NCBI GenBank assembly: GCA_964427615.1
Contig: CAYRUR010000005.1
Coordinates: 15,369 to 79,368, forward strand
Length of the DNA: 64,000 bases
Direction: 5' to 3'
Source of the DNA: an uncultured Gammaproteobacteria bacterium
GTDB lineage: Bacteria; Patescibacteriota; Microgenomatia; Levybacterales; GWA1-39-11
Below the pieces are notes generated by a model that did not search any database, was not told the DNA's origin, and saw nothing but the letters and a program-made list of their open reading frames with translations. Of the stretch, positions 58,140 through 64,000 are shown piece by piece (positions within the stretch are counted from its first letter, which is position 1; every line of letters begins with the position of its first letter). Both the position numbers and the translations under genes were made by a program.

Positions 58140-59570
58140 TTATCTTTCCATTTTTTGCAAGGTTAACAACTTTGCAAATTGTTCTTCAAGATAAGCAAAG
58201 TCTTCTTTATGCAAAGATCCAAAGTAGTATTTTTCAAGTGCCTCATATCCTGATTTGCGCAAGGCAAACCATGATTCCATTACTTCTCCATTAAAAATTT
58301 CATACCGTTGTCCGTCAACTTCAATTTTTTTAATTTTTTTATCCTTAAAATGAGCGTTTATGGTTTCAGCAAGGGTAGTGATGTCATCTGCTTTCTTATC
58401 AGCAAGTGGAAAGGAGCCCTGTGTTCTTTGTCCATCTGGATATTTTTTCGTTAGTTTTGAAAGAGAACCATTCATACTCATCCAATACAAAATGAGTGCA
58501 ATGGAGAAAACACCCGAGTCAGTCATAAAAAAGTCCTTAAAGTAAAAATGGCCTACATTTTCAACACCAATATCAATTTTTCCTTCCTTTACTAGTTGAC
58601 GTACTAAAGATCTACCAACAGGAATAGGGGTGATTTTTATTTTTTCATGTGTCATCCTGTTAATTTCTGTTACTGCGTTATACAGAGATGGTCCTGTCTC
58701 AACGGCATAGCCTATGGTGCGTGTTGAAAGTCCTAGCATCACACTGCTTTGAGTGAGTGCAGTAGCAAGCACTGATCCGTTCAGATACTGCCCCTTCTCA
58801 TCTACTGCTAACACTCTGTCAGCATCACTATCAAAAGCAAATCCTGCATCATATCTGCCTTCCTGCATTTTTTCAATCAACTGCTGCATGTTTTTTACTT
58901 CTGAAGGATCAGTAGTGTGGGCAGTGTCTTGGTTATAGAGGCCTCTATCATTAAGGCGTGTTATTGTTATTTGAGGCAAGAGAGTCTCCAAAATGTTTAA
59001 GGCTTTTGTTCCTGAGCCGTCTCCTAAATCTACCACTATTTTTGCTGGCTTTATTTCATGTAATGGGATAAGTGTCTGTATTTTTTTCCTATACAGTTGT
59101 TCTATCTCAGGTAAAAAGTCTTTGTAATCTGTAAGTGAAATAGCAGGTTGTAAGTAAGGAGTATTTTTTACTTGGTGATATGCTGCTACAATTTTTTCAA
59201 CCTTCTTTCCTTGTAGTGAAACTCCTTTTTTTGTGTGTACTAATAGCCCTGTCCATTCCCAAGTATTGTGTGACCCAGTAAACATAACCGAAAGATCAAA
59301 ATTAAATGAAAAGGCACCAGCAGTTACGTAATCAATTGAGACTTTGTCTAAAAAATAGATTTCAATATTAGTGTCTTTGAGGGCATTTATAAAATTAAGG
59401 GCAAGACTTTTACTGGATTCTCTTGTATCCCAGCCTAAGAGGATTTTTTTTAAAGGTAGAACTTTTTGAAATGCCTTTGCCAGATAATAGGCATCCTGGT
59501 CGGTGAGGTCTTTACCATAGACTCCTCGAAAATCAAACTTTTTAACAAATGGAGGGTTGGGCAGATCCAT
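58140..59570 (-). CDS. phosphohexomutase (phosphoglucomutase/phosphomannomutase family)
   Basis: Active-site loop FTGSHNTWEW (TASHNP-like) and metal-binding FDSDADR. Confidence 0.8.
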   Translation of the reverse strand: MDLPNPPFVKKFDFRGVYGKDLTDQDAYYLAKAFQKVLPLKKILLGWDTRESSKSLALNFINALKDTNIEIYFLDKVSIDYVTAGAFSFNFDLSVMFTGSHNTWEWTGLLVHTKKGVSLQGKKVEKIVAAYHQVKNTPYLQPAISLTDYKDFLPEIEQLYRKKIQTLIPLHEIKPAKIVVDLGDGSGTKALNILETLLPQITITRLNDRGLYNQDTAHTTDPSEVKNMQQLIEKMQEGRYDAGFAFDSDADRVLAVDEKGQYLNGSVLATALTQSSVMLGLSTRTIGYAVETGPSLYNAVTEINRMTHEKIKITPIPVGRSLVRQLVKEGKIDIGVENVGHFYFKDFFMTDSGVFSIALILYWMSMNGSLSKLTKKYPDGQRTQGSFPLADKKADDITTLAETINAHFKDKKIKKIEVDGQRYEIFNGEVMESWFALRKSGYEALEKYYFGSLHKEDFAYLEEQFAKLLTLQKMER

Positions 59571-59630
59571 AATTATTTTTATCGTTCTTATAGCATTATA
59601 AAGGGAGGGGAGGTAAAAAGCTATTGTTTC

Positions 59631-60287
59631 TTAGCTTAAATACGTTTGTAACTTTTGAGGAGAGTGGATAAGAGCATCTGCGTTGCTTGTTTTTAGTCTA
59701 TCAGCAGAATGAAATCCCCATGTTACTGCAATAGTATGTATGGGAAGCTCCTCAACTTCTTTAATGTCTCCGATTGTATCAGTAACAAAATACACATCTT
59801 GCCACTTAAGATTATGCTGAGCGACATACTTTTGTATTTTGTCTTTTTTATTACCAGGAGTTTCTGCGCCAATAATATCTTCAAATGCAGCATGTATGTC
59901 TTCTAGTTCTAAGAGGTGCTTTACCAAATCTGCATGGCTTGAGGTAATAATAACAAGGTTATTTTTTTTTGAAAGAGACTGGATACATTCCTTTATCCCT
60001 TCAAAAAATGACATTTCTTCATTTCGCGTTATTAATTCTTCTTTCAGTACAGATAAAAAGAGCTCCTTTGTTTTACCTTTTACCCCTAGTTCTTCATATC
60101 TTTCCCAGACATTTCCTTCAAATAAATCTTGGAATTTTTCTCTAGTAATCTGAGGAATACTATGCTCTCTATGCAATTTCTGGATAATATTCAGAGCAAT
60201 ATCAAATGAATCAAGAATTACACCATCAAAATCAAAAATAATTGTTTTCATAATATTATTATCAAAAGCTTTCTTTTGTACCTTCAA
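59631..60287 (-). CDS. HAD-superfamily hydrolase
   Basis: Motif I IIFDFDGVILDS; motif III/IV K...GDIKE. Confidence 0.75.
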   Translation of the reverse strand: MKVQKKAFDNNIMKTIIFDFDGVILDSFDIALNIIQKLHREHSIPQITREKFQDLFEGNVWERYEELGVKGKTKELFLSVLKEELITRNEEMSFFEGIKECIQSLSKKNNLVIITSSHADLVKHLLELEDIHAAFEDIIGAETPGNKKDKIQKYVAQHNLKWQDVYFVTDTIGDIKEVEELPIHTIAVTWGFHSADRLKTSNADALIHSPQKLQTYLS

Positions 60288-60293
60288 TAAGTG

Positions 60294-60554
60294 TCAGAGA
60301 GCCTTAGCTTTCTTTTCTCTTTCTTTCATTTTCGCAAGGGTAGTGGTAATGTATTTGTTATAGCCTTCAGGGCTCATCCAGCCTTTTGGACAGGCGACGA
60401 CTTGTAAGTCAGAGCTTGAAAAAATGAGAAATTGATGAGTCTTGCTTATTTTGCGTCTTACTCTAACTTTATATTTATTTCCTTGTACATCTCGCACTCG
60501 TCCAATTCTTCCGTCCGGGATGGTTACACAGTCTCCTTTATGAATACTACCCAT
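60294..60554 (-). CDS. hypothetical small basic protein
   Basis: 86 aa. GDCVTIPDGRIGRVRDVQGNKYKVRVRRK has a KOW/SH3-like flavour. No firm assignment. Confidence 0.35.
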   Translation of the reverse strand: MGSIHKGDCVTIPDGRIGRVRDVQGNKYKVRVRRKISKTHQFLIFSSSDLQVVACPKGWMSPEGYNKYITTTLAKMKEREKKAKAL

Positions 60555-60561
60555 ATTTATA

Positions 60562-61476
60562 TTATAACCATTGTTTTTGTTGTAATTTGCTCAGTAATAA
60601 GTGGAAATACACGAGTCCTGCATATGAATTCCATTTTTTGGTAAGCTTTTTAATTTGTTCATAATCCGGACGTTTATCAAGACGCATAAGTAACATGATA
60701 TTTTTTTGTGCTCCCACATCATCTCCTGGAAAGGTGTCTATTCTTCCAAACCCACGCAAGAGTACGTATTCTGCACTCCAGCGACCAATACCGCGAATGT
60801 TCGTAAGACGGTTTACTATTTCCTCATTTGGTAGTTTTTCCATATCTTCAAATGAGAGTCTTTTTTCTACTAGGGCTTGGGATATGTTGATGATGGTTCG
60901 AGCTTTCTGGTAACTAAAACCTAATTTTTTTATTTCCTCCTCAGAAACAGAGGCAAAATCCTCAGGTGTTGGAAAAGCATATTGAACTCCTGTTGTATCT
61001 TCAAACTTTTTTCCATAATTTTGGGCTAATCTATTCAATAGTAAAATTCCTAGATCAAGTGTTATTTGTTGGCAAGCAATAGCATTGAGTAGTGCTTCAA
61101 AAATAGTGGGGAAGCGAGGAGGTTTTACTCCTTTAAATGTTTTGGTAAGTGGTAGTAAGTATTCGTCCTGTTGAGTGAGTTGATAAAATGTTTCTAATTT
61201 TCTATCAATGCCCAACATATATCGCAATTTTTCAGCAATTATTGGCTGTATTGCTTCTATCTCATTGTTGCTTTTTATAACGACTGTAAGTTCTGTTGCT
61301 GTTTTTTGTGTGACGATCACTTGAAACACTTTATTTTGAAGAACAAATACGCGATTATACTGCTTTCCATCCCACTGATCTACACTATTTGTGTGTCTTC
61401 TTCTTAATGTCCAAACGGTAAGATCAAGTCTGAAGGGTGGAGTAACAGGAAGAACAAATGTTTCTTCGTAGGTCAT
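60562..61476 (-). CDS. alkA: DNA-3-methyladenine glycosylase II (AlkA; HhH-GPD superfamily)
   Basis: AlkA-like N-terminal domain plus HhH-GPD GIGRWSAEYVLLRGFGRIDTFPGDD with the catalytic Asp. Confidence 0.75.
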   Translation of the reverse strand: MTYEETFVLPVTPPFRLDLTVWTLRRRHTNSVDQWDGKQYNRVFVLQNKVFQVIVTQKTATELTVVIKSNNEIEAIQPIIAEKLRYMLGIDRKLETFYQLTQQDEYLLPLTKTFKGVKPPRFPTIFEALLNAIACQQITLDLGILLLNRLAQNYGKKFEDTTGVQYAFPTPEDFASVSEEEIKKLGFSYQKARTIINISQALVEKRLSFEDMEKLPNEEIVNRLTNIRGIGRWSAEYVLLRGFGRIDTFPGDDVGAQKNIMLLMRLDKRPDYEQIKKLTKKWNSYAGLVYFHLLLSKLQQKQWL

Positions 61477-61512
61477 ATGCTTATGCTTCTTTTCCGAGGG
61501 TTTTCTGTCTTT

Positions 61513-62229
61513 TTAGTATCCTGAGAATTCTTCGGTTCTGATATTGTCCTCATTTACCTGAGCATCGGTTAATATCTGTCTCATCACAGCTACCATAGCA
61601 GCAGGGCCTGAGAGGTAGTAAATAGGGGTTGTTAAATCATTTACATACTTTGTAAGCATTTCTTTTGTAATGTGTCCGCTCTCGCCTTGCCACTGCTCAG
61701 GAGTGGTTCTTGTCATGACAGGAACAAAAGTAAAGTGAGGATTTTCTTTCGCAAGGCTTTCTAATTCATTTAAAAATGCAGTATCTTGTGGTGTCTTATT
61801 AGAGTAGAAGAGAATTATTTTATGAGGAAGTTTATCTTTTGTTGCCTGAGCAATAATACTTTTGACTGGTGTAATGCCAATTCCGCCTGTTAAAAATACA
61901 GCAGGGGTGGTCTCTGTTTTGTGCAACACAAAACTACCATAGGGAGCATCAAGCTTTACCTCAGTTCCAATTGGCATATCTTTAAGTACTCTTTTAAAAG
62001 CGGTGTCACGCATGCGGGTTGCAATCATTAAGTCTTTTTCATATGGTGCGTGCGCCAATGAGAAGGCGTGTACGTTGCCTCCCTCATCTATTTCAGGAGG
62101 ATTGATGAGAGTAAAATCACCAAATTGTCCAGCTCGGAATTCAAATCCTTCAGGCTTTTGAAAATAAAAAGCCATGGTTCCATTGGCAATATCTTCTTTT
62201 TTTAGTAGTTTGATGGTAAATACTGGCAT
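61513..62229 (-). CDS. ferredoxin-NADP reductase-like FAD/NAD(P)-binding oxidoreductase
   Basis: FAD motif RAGQFGDFTL...HAFSLAHAP; NAD motif LTGGIGITPV. Confidence 0.7.
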   Translation of the reverse strand: MPVFTIKLLKKEDIANGTMAFYFQKPEGFEFRAGQFGDFTLINPPEIDEGGNVHAFSLAHAPYEKDLMIATRMRDTAFKRVLKDMPIGTEVKLDAPYGSFVLHKTETTPAVFLTGGIGITPVKSIIAQATKDKLPHKIILFYSNKTPQDTAFLNELESLAKENPHFTFVPVMTRTTPEQWQGESGHITKEMLTKYVNDLTTPIYYLSGPAAMVAVMRQILTDAQVNEDNIRTEEFSGY

Positions 62230-62401
62230 ATCTTTTTCTTATTTCCAACAATTACACTTTTTAGCATAATACATTTTTGATTTTCATTGTATTAACAATA
62301 ATACAAAGTTTTATGCTTATGTATTAAGTATAGCAAATTATAACGCATATGTGTTATAGAAAATTAACACTTGACTTATTTTTTCTGTATATGTCTAAAT
62401 A

Positions 62402-63724
62402 ATGCTAGATATGAAAAAGAAGAAGAGCATTAAAAGCTCCAAAAAGATTGCCAAAAATAGACGTTCTCTCCCTTTGAGTAACTACATAATAGCAGTAATT
62501 GGATTGTTAGCAGTAATACTAGTTGGTAAGGCTCTATTGCATGTTCAGAACCATAGTGTGTTGGGAACTCAGACGTTATTAGCAAGTAAAGGGAGTGGAT
62601 CAGATTCATCAGGAAGTGGTTCTTCAGGAAGTGATAGTTCGGACTCAGATGATTCATCAAAGAGTGGATCCTCAGGTTCAGATTCTTCTGATGACTCTTC
62701 CAGTTCTTCTGATTCAGGGTCATCCGGAAGTGGCAGTTCGGGTTCTAGTACCAGTGGTAGTTCTGGAAGTGGATCAGGAAGTAGTTCAGGAAGTTATGAT
62801 ACTGCAGTTTCTGGAGGTACCACTGTTAACTGTACTGGTCCTGATGGAAAGCAATTTGAGACTACATACTCCAACTGCGAAAATCTTAATAAGTCCTGGG
62901 GTAATACTAACTTTTCTTTTACCATCATTTCTAATCCAACTCACAAAAGTGAGACTCGTACACGAATACGACCAACGAGTACACCAGAAATCTCTCATGT
63001 TCCTGAAGTAGAAAATGAAGATGATGATGCAGGACTTCGTACTCGTACAGAGTCAAAACAAAATGAGACAAGAACAGAAGTAAGGTTTTCTGAAACAGAA
63101 CGGATTAGAACAAGAACAAAAGATGGAAGAACCCGGATAGATATTACCTCAGGTGGTATAAAGACACGGCTTGAATATAGAGATGGAAGAGTGATTGTTA
63201 AGGCAGAACAGGAGGATGGAACGGAAGTAGAACTTGCGGATGATACTATCTTTAAGATTGATCAGCGGTTGGGGACAAGTGGTATAAAGGTTGCAACAAC
63301 TGGGGCAGAGCATTTTGTTCTTGAGCGGGGAAGTGCCGGAGCAATAACTAATTTCCCACTATCTATTGATTTGGCTACCAATACCCTTATGGTGAATACC
63401 CCTGCCGGACAAAAAACAGTTACAGTGCTTCCAGACCAGGCAATACAAAACCTTATTGCAGCAAATGTAGTGAATAGGCTTGGAGGTCAAGCAATCATTG
63501 ATGAAGAGTTAAATAAGAATCTAACCTCTGTAAGTCAGCTGATTACATTGGGAGAGCGGAATGGTGTTCCAATATATGAAATAAATGGAATATCAGATCA
63601 AAAACTGCTTGGATTTATTCCAATTACTATTGAAAAAGAGATAGAAGTATCTGCTATAACTGGCGAAGTGGTGTCTTCCCAAACTTCCTTGAGTGATAAA
63701 ATACTCGACTTCTTATCTTTCTAA
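62402..63724 (+). CDS. secreted/membrane-anchored protein with long Ser/Gly/Asp low-complexity tract and Thr/Arg/Glu-rich repeats
   Basis: N-terminal TM, GSGSDSSGSGSSGSDSSDSDDS... (~80 aa), then TRTRIRPTST / RTRTESKQNETRTEVRF repeats, then a C-terminal globular region. Confidence 0.5.
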   Translation: MLDMKKKKSIKSSKKIAKNRRSLPLSNYIIAVIGLLAVILVGKALLHVQNHSVLGTQTLLASKGSGSDSSGSGSSGSDSSDSDDSSKSGSSGSDSSDDSSSSSDSGSSGSGSSGSSTSGSSGSGSGSSSGSYDTAVSGGTTVNCTGPDGKQFETTYSNCENLNKSWGNTNFSFTIISNPTHKSETRTRIRPTSTPEISHVPEVENEDDDAGLRTRTESKQNETRTEVRFSETERIRTRTKDGRTRIDITSGGIKTRLEYRDGRVIVKAEQEDGTEVELADDTIFKIDQRLGTSGIKVATTGAEHFVLERGSAGAITNFPLSIDLATNTLMVNTPAGQKTVTVLPDQAIQNLIAANVVNRLGGQAIIDEELNKNLTSVSQLITLGERNGVPIYEINGISDQKLLGFIPITIEKEIEVSAITGEVVSSQTSLSDKILDFLSF

Positions 63725-63852
63725 TCTTTTTGTAGGTATCCCTATTTTTTAAAATTGGTGAATATCAATTTATCTTTTTTAGAATAGGGGGTCATTGTTT
63801 CTTTATACTATTGCGATAACCAGTGAGATATAGAAAAAGAGCACACAGGGAA

Positions 63853-63960
63853 GAGATAGGATAGAGGTTGGGAAGTATTCCCGCTGTTAACAGTGGGAAA
63901 CTTCCCATGTCCTCCTATCAAGCTATGGATTGTTTCGTTTACGTGTATGTCTCCATAGCC
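63853..63960. other. Highly structured non-coding region: ~65-nt three-segment near-perfect hairpin (63855-63919) followed by a second 8-bp hairpin (63921-63959)
   Basis: Outer stem gatagga/tcctatc, middle tgggaagt/acttccca, inner ttcccgctg/cagtgggaa with ttaa loop. Second hairpin gctatgga...tccatagc. No T-run follows. Confidence 0.4.
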
Positions 63961-64000
63961 ATAATCTCCACCAAAGGTTGTCGACTTTCTGACTTAGGTA

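Overview
AT-rich, gene-dense bacterial window (about 88% coding) with roughly 80 protein genes. I found no rRNA, tRNA or CRISPR. Gene content (compact housekeeping set, many small membrane-anchored proteins with Pro/Thr-rich linkers, sortase, SecDF, class A PBP, no outer-membrane machinery) suggests a monoderm, possibly a Patescibacteria/CPR-like lineage; this is inference only. Release factor 2 is present and the ORFs are full length with standard stops, so translation table 11 is assumed. Main blocks: (i) 1-2.5 kb: YtxH-like protein, NRAMP Mn transporter. (ii) A ~20 kb all-plus-strand run (2968-22761): prfB; ftsE-ftsX with an EnvC/PcsB-like coiled-coil protein ending in a C39-like peptidase; an LTD surface protein; a tsaE-tsaC-tsaB cluster for tRNA t6A modification; a CAP-domain protein; a complete dTDP-L-rhamnose operon (rmlA, rmlC, rmlB, rmlD) interrupted by two NUDIX hydrolases; ugd; a GDP-deoxyhexose reductase-like gene; gmd; UDP-xylose synthase; a GT2-GtrA fusion; and a GT-C glycosyltransferase. 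I read the last four as an Arn-like, lipid-carrier-dependent pentose glycosylation module. (iii) DUF4446, DUF3048, a wHTH-nucleotidyltransferase, secDF, rdgB, yqeY, cca, recJ, Asp/Asn-tRNA ligase, DD-carboxypeptidase, gltX, dgkA, an FMN reductase divergent from a NOX-family ferric reductase, obg, rluB, a sortase with a tiny PT-rich partner, DUF4342, DUF488, murI, traX, PBP1A, and a polA that encodes only the polymerase domain. (iv) GNAT, proline iminopeptidase, marR with a MacAB-type efflux system, GIY-YIG and a YjjX-like NTPase, a DrrAB-like ABC-2 exporter, phosphohexomutase, HAD hydrolase, alkA, an FNR-like reductase and a Ser/Gly/Asp-rich surface protein. The non-coding highlights are a GC-rich dispersed intergenic repeat family (copies at 541-598, in the large 2443-2967 gap, and at 9822-9990) and a ~65-nt near-perfect compound hairpin at the 3' end of the window.
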